DNA from: a virus
Length of the DNA stretch: 64,000 nt
Virus record (IMG/VR): IMGVR_UViG_3300018475_000125
Direction: 5' to 3' (one strand)
A program made the translations under genes and the position numbers. Below are positions 8,120 to 16,692 of this stretch, in pieces; within the stretch, counting starts at the first letter, position 1, and the number at the start of each line of letters is the position of its first letter. The notes under the pieces are model-generated. The model did no database searches. It saw only the letters and a list, made by a program, of their open reading frames with translations, and had not been told where the DNA came from.

Positions 8120-11100
8120 CTTGAAGGATTTTCGGGAAGTCGGGGATATTGAAGCTACCCGGCAGGCGATCTGGGATCAGGCATTGGAAGCGGCATCCTC
8201 GCTGGAGCCGGTGAGCAACAGCCGATACACACTGGGGCTGACGGACGTCCGCTGGCAGGGAAAGGACGTCTTCCCGAAGGCGGAGCATAAAAAGGCTCTG
8301 ATGAACGGGACCTATCTGACCCGAAAACTCTCCGGAACGTGGACGCTTACAGACAACGCTACCGGACAGCAGGTCGCCAAACGCCGTACGGTCATTGCGC
8401 ACGTGCCGTATATGACAGATATGGGGACCTTTGTACGCGGCGGGAATGACTACACGCTGGCGCACCAGCTGCGTCTGAAGCCGGGGGTCTACACCCGCTG
8501 GCTGGATAACGGTGAGCTGGAAGCGCATGTGAACGTTTCCAGGGGGCTGGGGCACAAGATCTATCTGGATCCGGCGTCCGGTATCTTCAAGCTCAAGATG
8601 GGGCAGGCTTCTGTTCCGGTAGCCGATGCACTGGAGATCCTCGGTGCTCCGCAGGATAAAATGCGCAAGGCGTGGGGCGAGGAGCTTTACCGGCAAAATA
8701 CATTCAAGCGCGATCCGAAAGCGCTCAACAAGCTCTACGAAAAACTGACTTACGGCAAGGGTGAGGCGCAGACGCAGGAAGAGAAGAAGCTCGCCATTCA
8801 GCAGGCATTCGCAAAGATGGGGCTGGATCCGCAGGTCTCGCAGGTGACGCTCGGTAAGCCGTACTCGGTCGTAGATCCGGATGTTATTCTGGATACGACC
8901 GCCAAGCTCCTGCGCATCAACAAGGGGCTTCAGGATACGGATTCCCGCGACGACATGGCTTTTCAGCGTCTGTTTGGTCCGGAGGATCTCATCGCGGATA
9001 AAATACGCTCTTCCGGTAATCTGATGCGGCAGTATCTCTGGCGGGCATCTCAGCGAAATGCACTGGATAAGATACCTGCGGGAGCTTTTGACGCGAATGT
9101 GGACAGTGTACTTATCGGCACGGGGCTGGGAATGCCTATCGAAGGGATCAACCCGATCGAAACGTTCGATAACCAGTTCCGCGTAACGCGCCTTGGCGAG
9201 GGCGGTATCGCTTCGCTGGACGCGATCCCGGCTTCTGCCAGAAACGTGCATCCTTCCCAGATGGGACTGATCGACCCGATCCGTACGCCGGAATCGCTGA
9301 AAGTCGGTGTGGATGCCCGTCTTGCCGGAAACGTCCGCAAGGGAAAGGACGGGCAGATCTACACACGGCTTCTGGATAAGAAAGGAAACAGTCAGTGGCG
9401 GTCTGCTACGGATATTGCGCAGTATGCCGTAGCGTTTCCGGGAGCGATGCAGTCGCCGTATAACTTCGTTCCGTGCGTGAAGGCCGGACGGATGCTGATG
9501 CTTCCGAAGGCGGAGATCGACTTTGCCTATCCGAATATGCAGTCGGCGCAGCATGCTACCGGGCGGCTGGTGCCGATGACTGCCAACGTAAAAGGGCAGC
9601 GTGCCGTGATGGCCGCCAGAATGCTGACGCAGGCGCTTCCGCTTCAGAACGCGGAGGCTCCGCTGGTCCAGACCGGGATGCCGGATGAGGAAGACAAGAG
9701 CTACGAGGAGCACTACGGCTCCCGCTTTGGGGCGATCCGAGCTACGGAACCGTGTCAGGTCATTGACGCGGGTCCGGATAAGGTGACGGTACGCACGAGG
9801 TCAGGAGAGACCAAAGATATTGAACTCTATCGGGATCTGGTATTCAACCGAAAGACGGGACTGTCTCAGCAGGCGGTAGTCCAGCCCGGCACGGTCCTGA
9901 AGCCGGGGGACCTGATCGCGCGTTCCAACTTCACGGACGACAAGGGTGCGATGGCTGTCGGGATGAATGCCAGGATCGCGTTCCTGCCGTATCAGGGACT
10001 GAACTTTGAAGATGCTATCGTGGTGAGCGAGAGCTTTGCGAAGCGGATGGCGTCGGAGCACTACTACAAGAACCGGCTTGCCGGAGGCTCGGACACGACA
10101 GTCGATACCCAGAAATTCCTTGCCATGAAGCCGGGAATGTACACGAAAGAGCAGACGGCGAACTTTACGGAGGATGGTTTGATCAAGCCGGGCACGGTAG
10201 TGCGTCCTGGCGATCCGCTTATCCTCGCCGTCACGAAGATCGAACCGACAGAGGCGCAGCGAAAGCTCGGAAGAAAGGCGCATTGGCGGGATTCTTCCGT
10301 GAAATGGGAGCACCATGACGACGGGATCGTGACGGATGTCTATCAGGACGCCAAGGGTGCGCAGGTCATCGTAAAATCCCGGCAGGAACTGCAGGTCGCG
10401 GATAAGATCTCCGGGCGGTACGGCAATAAGGGAGTCGTTTCCGCCATCGTTCCGGATGCTGAACTGCCTTCTTTGCCGGATGGAAGCAAGCCGGAGGTGC
10501 TTATGTCCCCTCTGGCGATCGTTGGACGCGTGAATCCAGGCTTTGTTTTGGAGACTCTGCTCGGAAAAATAGCGAAAGTGACCGGCAAACGCTATGCTCT
10601 GAAGGATTTTGGAGGCAGTACGGAGGATGTTGCGCGTTTTGTGGCGGAGGAAGCGAAGAAATACGGCATCAAAGACGTGGAAGACATGATCGATGACTCG
10701 GATCCGGACCATCCGAGGGTCATTCCGCAGGTCCTTAACGGCTACACCTACATGATGAAGCTCCATCACTCTGCGGAATCGAAGGCGCAGGGACGCGGAA
10801 TAGGCTCCTACACCAACGATCTTCAGCCTGCGAAGGGCGGAGATGACGGCGCGAAGAAGATCGGGATGCTGGAACTCTCCGCGCTGCTCAGTCACGGTGC
10901 TCTGAGCAACGTCGCGGACATGAAATACGTCAAAGGGCAGGAAAATCTGGACTATTGGCGGCAGTATACCGCCGGATACAACCCGCCGACACCCCGGATC
11001 CCTTACGTTTACCACAAGTTCGTGAATTTTTTGAAGGGTTCCGGCATTCACGTGCAGCGGGAAGGCTCCAGAGTCCACATTATGGCGCTGACCGCGAAGG

Positions 11101-12497
11101 ATGTGGACCAGATGACCGGCGATAGAGAGCTGAAAGGGGTCAAAGACCCGCGGACGGGACTCATGACGCTGCCTACAGTCGCCTGGGATGACAATTTGAA
11201 GGCACTTCCGGGCGGACTTTTTGATCCGAAGACCACCGGAGGTCACGCAGGGAACCAGTGGTCGTACATTCAGCTCGATCAGCCGTATCCGAACCCTGTC
11301 ATGGAGCAGCCTTTGCGCTTGATGCTCGGTTTGACAGAGAAAGAATTCCGCGATACACTGGCAGGGAAGCATAAATTATCCACAGGGACAGGTCCGGAAG
11401 CGCTTTACGCCGCTGCGAAGGCGCTGAATATCGAAAATGAGCTGATCCGAGCCAGAAATGACATAAAATCGGGCAGAAAAACGTATCGGGACGCTGCGGT
11501 CAAGCGGCTGGGCTACCTTAAATCCGCTCAGAGACTCAAACAGGAGCCGAAAGACTGGTTCCTGACGAAAGTTCCGGTCATTCCGCCCTATTTTCGTCCG
11601 GTTTCCCAGATGGGCGATAAAAAAATGCCGCTTGTTGCGGATGCGAACTACCTCTACAAACAGCTATTTGAAGCAAATCAGGCTTACAGGTATAATAGGC
11701 GCGTGTTTGGTGATGCAGAGTCCGGTGATCTGAGCTTGAACGTCTACGACTCATTCAAAGCGGTAACTGGGCTTGGTGAACCCACTACCTCGGAGCTTCA
11801 GCAGAAGGAAGTGAAGGGACTTTTGAAGTCGATATTCGGTTCCGGACCGAAATATTCGATGATGCAGACCCGTTTGCTCGGAACGCCGGTCGATATGGCG
11901 GGAAGAGGCGTCGTGGTGCCCAATCCGGACTACGATATGGATACGGTAGGCATTCCGGAGAACATCGCATGGGATACTTACAAGCCGTTTGTGATCCGGG
12001 AGCTTCGCAGACACGGCAGAGCGGGCATTCAGGCGATCAATGACGTGGAAAACCGCACGCCGGCAGCCCGTGAGATGCTTCAGAAGGTCATGGCATCACG
12101 TCCCGTGCTTGTAAACCGTGCTCCAACGCTCCACAAGTTCGGGATCATGGCTCTAATGCCGAAATTGATCAAAGGGGACGCCATCCGGGTGAATCCATTT
12201 GTTTATCCGGGCGCTGCGATGGATAATGACGGCGATACGATGGTTTTTCACGTCCCGTCTACGGATGAAGCGGCGCAGGAAGCGATCGAACGGATGCTTC
12301 CATCCAGAAACCTCCTTTCGCCGTCGGATTTTACCGTCATGCCGAAGATCACCAAGGAACATTTGATAGGACTCTACGAATCCACACGCCCCAGACCCGG
12401 AACGCCGACCCGAACCTTCCGAAATTCAGCCGATGTCGTCGCCGCCTGGCGCCGGGGCGATCTGGATCCGCATGAGAAAATAAGAGTAATGGAGTAA
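8112..12497 (+). CDS. multisubunit-type DNA-directed RNA polymerase, fused beta / beta-prime N-terminal (catalytic) subunit
   Basis: Beta-subunit motifs in order: GTFVRGGNDYTLAHQLRLKPGVY (compare E. coli [24 protein letters not shown]), PYQGLNFEDAIVVSE (NFEDA), SGRYGNKGVVS (GRHGNKG). These are followed in the same polypeptide by beta-prime motifs: VIPPYFRPV, NRAPTLHKFG (NRAPTLH), and PGAAMDNDGDTMVFHVP, a variant of the catalytic NADFDGD that keeps all three Asp. Confidence 0.8.
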   Translation: MDNLKDFREVGDIEATRQAIWDQALEAASSLEPVSNSRYTLGLTDVRWQGKDVFPKAEHKKALMNGTYLTRKLSGTWTLTDNATGQQVAKRRTVIAHVPYMTDMGTFVRGGNDYTLAHQLRLKPGVYTRWLDNGELEAHVNVSRGLGHKIYLDPASGIFKLKMGQASVPVADALEILGAPQDKMRKAWGEELYRQNTFKRDPKALNKLYEKLTYGKGEAQTQEEKKLAIQQAFAKMGLDPQVSQVTLGKPYSVVDPDVILDTTAKLLRINKGLQDTDSRDDMAFQRLFGPEDLIADKIRSSGNLMRQYLWRASQRNALDKIPAGAFDANVDSVLIGTGLGMPIEGINPIETFDNQFRVTRLGEGGIASLDAIPASARNVHPSQMGLIDPIRTPESLKVGVDARLAGNVRKGKDGQIYTRLLDKKGNSQWRSATDIAQYAVAFPGAMQSPYNFVPCVKAGRMLMLPKAEIDFAYPNMQSAQHATGRLVPMTANVKGQRAVMAARMLTQALPLQNAEAPLVQTGMPDEEDKSYEEHYGSRFGAIRATEPCQVIDAGPDKVTVRTRSGETKDIELYRDLVFNRKTGLSQQAVVQPGTVLKPGDLIARSNFTDDKGAMAVGMNARIAFLPYQGLNFEDAIVVSESFAKRMASEHYYKNRLAGGSDTTVDTQKFLAMKPGMYTKEQTANFTEDGLIKPGTVVRPGDPLILAVTKIEPTEAQRKLGRKAHWRDSSVKWEHHDDGIVTDVYQDAKGAQVIVKSRQELQVADKISGRYGNKGVVSAIVPDAELPSLPDGSKPEVLMSPLAIVGRVNPGFVLETLLGKIAKVTGKRYALKDFGGSTEDVARFVAEEAKKYGIKDVEDMIDDSDPDHPRVIPQVLNGYTYMMKLHHSAESKAQGRGIGSYTNDLQPAKGGDDGAKKIGMLELSALLSHGALSNVADMKYVKGQENLDYWRQYTAGYNPPTPRIPYVYHKFVNFLKGSGIHVQREGSRVHIMALTAKDVDQMTGDRELKGVKDPRTGLMTLPTVAWDDNLKALPGGLFDPKTTGGHAGNQWSYIQLDQPYPNPVMEQPLRLMLGLTEKEFRDTLAGKHKLSTGTGPEALYAAAKALNIENELIRARNDIKSGRKTYRDAAVKRLGYLKSAQRLKQEPKDWFLTKVPVIPPYFRPVSQMGDKKMPLVADANYLYKQLFEANQAYRYNRRVFGDAESGDLSLNVYDSFKAVTGLGEPTTSELQQKEVKGLLKSIFGSGPKYSMMQTRLLGTPVDMAGRGVVVPNPDYDMDTVGIPENIAWDTYKPFVIRELRRHGRAGIQAINDVENRTPAAREMLQKVMASRPVLVNRAPTLHKFGIMALMPKLIKGDAIRVNPFVYPGAAMDNDGDTMVFHVPSTDEAAQEAIERMLPSRNLLSPSDFTVMPKITKEHLIGLYESTRPRPGTPTRTFRNSADVVAAWRRGDLDPHEKIRVME

Positions 12498-12503
12498 ATA
12501 GGG

Positions 12504-13025
12504 ATGAGTCAGTTTACGATGCAGAAGCAGGCACACGTCCGCCTGATCAAGCTGGCGAACGCGGCTGCGGTTATCCGTAGGACGCGCAGGCAGGTGAAAT
12601 GGGCAAGCGGGACAACACCTGATACCGAGGCTGCTGCACCCAGCGGGGAGGCTACTGCGGCGGCTACGCCCGCGGGACCGCCATCGGAGCCAGTTGTGCC
12701 GAACTCGGATACCGGGGGAGACACCAGCTGGCTTGACTGGGCGAAGACGCCGGCGGGTATTGGTACTTTGGCGGGTGTCGGGATCGGCGGAGCGCTGGGT
12801 GCTTCTCAGTTCGGTCCTTTAGGCGGACTGGTTGGTGCTGCGGCCGGTGGTTTTGTCGGCAATTATGCTGCGCCGTGGTTTACGTCGGAAGATGAGGAGG
12901 GACTTGGTGGTTTGTATATACCGTACACTGCTAACCTGAACTGGTACCCGCAGTCTCCGCCGATCGCCGCTCAGTATGACTGGTCCCGTAAGTGGGATGC
13001 CGCGAGGGGCGCAGACCTGGGGTAG
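12504..13025 (+). CDS. glycine-zipper membrane protein (hypothetical)
   Basis: C-terminal GxxxG-rich segment (GTLAGVGIGGALGASQFGPLGGLVGAAAGGFVG). Pro/Ala/Thr-rich linker. Confidence 0.4.
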   Translation: MSQFTMQKQAHVRLIKLANAAAVIRRTRRQVKWASGTTPDTEAAAPSGEATAAATPAGPPSEPVVPNSDTGGDTSWLDWAKTPAGIGTLAGVGIGGALGASQFGPLGGLVGAAAGGFVGNYAAPWFTSEDEEGLGGLYIPYTANLNWYPQSPPIAAQYDWSRKWDAARGADLG

Positions 13026-13210
13026 ATTCCTGATAACATATCACTCTAGGAAGCTGCTTCAGGCGCAGTTGCCAATGTAGAAGAGAGGGCAATACTGATG
13101 CAGCCGCCGAACTCTAATGAATTACAGCAGGTCCCGCCAGGGGATGTTCTGACTCTGGAGAGTGCCGGATGGCAGCGTATCCAGTGATTACTTTTTTTTA
13201 GGAGACTAAC

Positions 13211-13723
13211 ATGACTACATACATCAAACAGGCTGCAAGCCGAATCAAATTGCACAAGTACGCCAGCGCCGCGAAATGTATCCGCCGGCAGCGTGCCATG
13301 GAGAAGTATGCTTACTTCCTGAAGCAGGCCGAAGAAGAGGACAAGAAAGAGGATTCGAAAAGTGACAAGAAGGACGACAAGAAAGACGGTAAAAAGGGAC
13401 CCGGTTTCTTTAAGACGGTAGGCGGCTATGCGGGTGCTGCTGCTCCGACAGTTGGCGGTGTCGGTCTGGGGTCTCTTTCTGGCTATGGTCTTGCCAAGCT
13501 GTTTGGAGCTAAACATCCGTTGCTGTGGAGCCTAGGCGGGGGTGCTGTAGGAGGACTTGCGGTCAATAAAGATCCGATTCTGGATTTGGCAACACTCGGT
13601 CTGGGCGCACGTGAGCTTAGTCGGCGCGCTAAAGGGAAGTCTGCGCTGTCGAAAACGACGGGGCTCCTTCCAGCGGAGCAGGAGGCTAACGTTAATGCCG
13701 GGTTGGCCAACTTACTCAACTAA
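13211..13723 (+). CDS. glycine-zipper membrane protein (hypothetical), KD-rich N-terminus
   Basis: RBS TAGGAGAC. Lys/Asp repeats (KKDDKKDGKKG) then GGYAGAAAPTVGGVGLGSLSGYGLAKLFGA. Confidence 0.45.
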   Translation: MTTYIKQAASRIKLHKYASAAKCIRRQRAMEKYAYFLKQAEEEDKKEDSKSDKKDDKKDGKKGPGFFKTVGGYAGAAAPTVGGVGLGSLSGYGLAKLFGAKHPLLWSLGGGAVGGLAVNKDPILDLATLGLGARELSRRAKGKSALSKTTGLLPAEQEANVNAGLANLLN

Positions 13724-13735
13724 AGTCAGACGTGT

Positions 13736-14407
13736 ATGATAAAGGGCAGCGCAGCAATACTTTTCTACGAGGCGTATGATGCGGCAACCGGCTTGCGAAA
13801 GCCGGGTGACGCGGCGCAGCATACCGTATTCTATTCCGCGGGAGGCGGTCTGGAGCCGCTCTCTGTAGTGCCGGAGGAACTTTCTTCTTCGGGCGTATAT
13901 ACGTTTACACTTCCTGCGGAGTATACATGGAAGGATACGGCGGTGTGCCTTATCATTTCGGCTTCGGTTGACGTTGTGATTCCACTGATTACGCTTTCGT
14001 TTGAGGAGCAGACGGAAAGGGTACCGGATATAACGGCGCTCTGTGCGGAGCTTCCTGCACGCACTGCGGAAGCAGTACATGCCCGCACGCTGTCCTCTGG
14101 GCAGTCACTTGCAGAGGCTGTGACAGGGGTCAGTACTAAACTGGCGTCTTATCCCGCAGGAGACGACATTGCCTGTAAGCGGGATATTCCGACGGTGGAA
14201 TCTTTGTCGGAGGCATTATTAATAACAGACGTAGGTGCTTTGACACCGGCAGCGTATTCCCTCGGTTCCATGGTCCTGGCGGGTTTCTGCTCTACGATGG
14301 ACCCGCAGACGGGCATTTGGGAGATACGCAAGCCGAACGGTACTCTGGTCGCTTCCAGAAGGTTTTTAACTTCAGATAAGCTGGCACCCGTTGTTGAGGT
14401 ATACTGA
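13736..14407 (+). CDS. hypothetical protein (223 aa)
   Basis: ORF only; no recognised domain. Confidence 0.35.
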   Translation: MIKGSAAILFYEAYDAATGLRKPGDAAQHTVFYSAGGGLEPLSVVPEELSSSGVYTFTLPAEYTWKDTAVCLIISASVDVVIPLITLSFEEQTERVPDITALCAELPARTAEAVHARTLSSGQSLAEAVTGVSTKLASYPAGDDIACKRDIPTVESLSEALLITDVGALTPAAYSLGSMVLAGFCSTMDPQTGIWEIRKPNGTLVASRRFLTSDKLAPVVEVY

Positions 14408-14411
14408 GCGT

Positions 14412-14455
14412 CTTCGGAACGAAGGGCACGGCCGCTGCTGTCGTGCCTTTTTTTT
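14412..14455 (+). terminator. tandem hairpins plus T-tract terminator
   Basis: Two hairpins (CTTCG gaa CGAAG, then GGCACG ... CGTGCC) followed by T8. Confidence 0.6.
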
Positions 14456-14471
14456 AGCTGTTGAGGTAATC

Positions 14472-15494
14472 ATGCAAGAGTATTTACAGGCTGCAGAAGA
14501 TATTGCACAGCTGATACATAAAGGTCGAAAGTATCAGGAGAAGCTGGCAGGTGCGAATCTGGCGGGGGCTTTTGTTTACTGGAAGCCGGAGACCGGTGAA
14601 TTTTCAGTGAGAGTCACAGGCAGGCGGCAGAGAGAGAAAAGGGCGTTTTATAGTCAGGAACTTTATGCCAGCGGGAACTTGCCGTTTTCCAGTTTTCGTG
14701 ATGATACAAATGAAGAGAACGGCTGGGTACTGCTTCGGCATCCGCATAGTTACCGCCCGGCAGAGCAGTTGAAGAAATACGCTTCGTTTATCGATACGCC
14801 AGCTAAACTTTCGTTGACAGGAGCTTTGCTGGGAGGCGGAGCTTTATTTGGGAAGAGCCTGTATGATACCTGGGATCTTCCGGTTCCTTTCAAGTATAAG
14901 CTGCGTCATGCACTAAAGCCTACATTGATTGCAGGCGGGGTTGGGCTTTTGCCCGGGCTAGCGGCGGGTGCGCTTCATAGTTACCAGACGCGTCCTGTAT
15001 TGGAGGATGGTACCCGCGCTCGAAGACCGGAGGTGGGTTTTTTTCGCGCGATGGGGATGACAGAAGACGAGCTTAAAGACGCCTCGCCAACTTATGCAGT
15101 CAAAAAGGAAGTAGAGGAAGCCAGACGACAGGCTTTTGGTAAACGGGCGGAAGTTAATGCCTTTGGGGCTCTGGAGAGAGACGCTTCTTTAATCAATGTA
15201 GACACGTTTAATCGTGCGATCTGGGACGACACCCAGAGCGGCTGGATCCAGCCGGACAACGCCCTGCTGGTATCCAGTACGCTGGAGGCTTCCCGCCCGA
15301 ATAACAGTCCGTTTACTACACCTACTGCCGTAATGGGGACACTGGTAAATGCCGGCATCGGCTGGGCGACATCGGCAGTTGTTGGTAAAACGTTAGGAGC
15401 CTTGAGTATACTGTCTCCTGCTGGAGAACAGAAATTACGCGAGATCGGCACATGGGGAGGGATCATCGACGGACTGGGCGGTTCCTTACATTAA
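14472..15494 (+). CDS. hypothetical protein (340 aa), glycine-zipper segment in the middle
   Basis: Start chosen downstream of the terminator, with RBS GAGGTAATC. The longer ORF-track start would read through the terminator. Confidence 0.45.
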   Translation: MQEYLQAAEDIAQLIHKGRKYQEKLAGANLAGAFVYWKPETGEFSVRVTGRRQREKRAFYSQELYASGNLPFSSFRDDTNEENGWVLLRHPHSYRPAEQLKKYASFIDTPAKLSLTGALLGGGALFGKSLYDTWDLPVPFKYKLRHALKPTLIAGGVGLLPGLAAGALHSYQTRPVLEDGTRARRPEVGFFRAMGMTEDELKDASPTYAVKKEVEEARRQAFGKRAEVNAFGALERDASLINVDTFNRAIWDDTQSGWIQPDNALLVSSTLEASRPNNSPFTTPTAVMGTLVNAGIGWATSAVVGKTLGALSILSPAGEQKLREIGTWGGIIDGLGGSLH

Positions 15495-16345
15495 TTTTGC
15501 TTATTGTCATTCGGTTTAGAAGCGGGATTCATGGATTCCGCTTTTTCTTTTTTAGGTGTTTCAGGAGTTTTGCTGGAAAACAGTCCGTTGAATGAATCGG
15601 CGGCACTGTTGATCGGCTCCCAGCCTTTCCAGCCGTTTTGTCTTGCGGCACCGTAACCTGCGCCGGCAGCGCCGATAACGGCGGCTCCGGTAAGACCCAG
15701 GAGCGGTTTTCCTGCCAGTATTCCGCCCAATGCTACAGGTGCACCCAGTGCCATTGCAGGCGCGGTGTAGTGCATGATGTCAGGTGTGTATGCTTTCGGT
15801 TTATGCCTGAAGCTGCCCTGTGCAGGATCCGCGGAATCCTTTGTAAGAATTCCCTCTCGGATAGCATCGGCCAGGGGTCCTCGATACCAACTGTCCGGCA
15901 GCATATAATATCCGGCACGCAGTCCGAACCAACCGCCGAGGGTAGCATCCATATCCCGCAGAGCGTTTAACGCGGAGCTGCGTATATTCTGCATACCTGG
16001 TGCGGAGAAAAGGCCTGTACGTTTCCCGGCCCACTCATCGACGGCATTTGAGGCAATCATACCCCAGAGGTGCCGGTTTGGCTCGCCGGATGCTCCTGCG
16101 CGCATAAGTAGCTGGAGGGCATTGATCTTTCCTCCATGCTGACTCCGCCAGTCGTTAATGTACTCTCGTGTTTTGGGATCAGAAGCCAGGTACAGCTGTT
16201 GGATACTGGTGGCGTCTGTCCAGTTGTCGTCCCTACCGGTCAGGTGTATCGGGTCTAGAGAAGGCTGCTGTCCAGCCGTCTTGCATCTTTGCATGGTTTG
16301 GGCGTATCTGTTATACTCCGAGAGTTGTTGATAGTAAGTGGTCAT
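15491..16345 (-). CDS. glycine-zipper membrane protein (hypothetical)
   Basis: GAPVALGGILAGKPLLGLTGAAVIGAAGAGYGAA segment. Convergent with the upstream gene. Confidence 0.4.
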   Translation of the reverse strand: MTTYYQQLSEYNRYAQTMQRCKTAGQQPSLDPIHLTGRDDNWTDATSIQQLYLASDPKTREYINDWRSQHGGKINALQLLMRAGASGEPNRHLWGMIASNAVDEWAGKRTGLFSAPGMQNIRSSALNALRDMDATLGGWFGLRAGYYMLPDSWYRGPLADAIREGILTKDSADPAQGSFRHKPKAYTPDIMHYTAPAMALGAPVALGGILAGKPLLGLTGAAVIGAAGAGYGAARQNGWKGWEPINSAADSFNGLFSSKTPETPKKEKAESMNPASKPNDNKQN

Positions 16346-16362
16346 AATTTTGGATTCTAAAC

Positions 16363-16680
16363 ATGGCTAAGGACACGGGACATTACACTGCACTTGATCA
16401 TATTATCAAGTTTATCAAAAATGACCAAGCCTCTCCATTACTTCCAGTCGCTGGATTAGGTGCAGGGGCCTTGACCGGGCTGCTGACCAGAAAGCAGCTT
16501 CCACAGGAAGAGGTCGGCAAGTATCTGTTACGCTGTACCCTGATGGGCGGATTGACCGGGACAGGTGCGGAACTAGCACGTGTAGGAAGTGCAAAGGGAT
16601 GGAAACATCTAACACAGGCAAATAATATTCCGGACGGTGTAGGCGGTGTTATTGTGGATAAGCCGCTCGGGAGAGGGTAA
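16363..16680 (+). CDS. small glycine-zipper membrane protein
   Basis: PVAGLGAGALTGLLT ... GGLTGTGAELARVG segments. Confidence 0.35.
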   Translation: MAKDTGHYTALDHIIKFIKNDQASPLLPVAGLGAGALTGLLTRKQLPQEEVGKYLLRCTLMGGLTGTGAELARVGSAKGWKHLTQANNIPDGVGGVIVDKPLGRG

Positions 16681-16692
16681 AAGGACAAAGCT

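Noticed and set aside
8073-11372. Long minus-strand ORFs (8073..9713, 9801..11372) inside the RNAP gene
   Set aside because: Antisense shadow ORFs typical of high-GC coding regions. They carry no motifs and overlap a strongly supported + strand gene.
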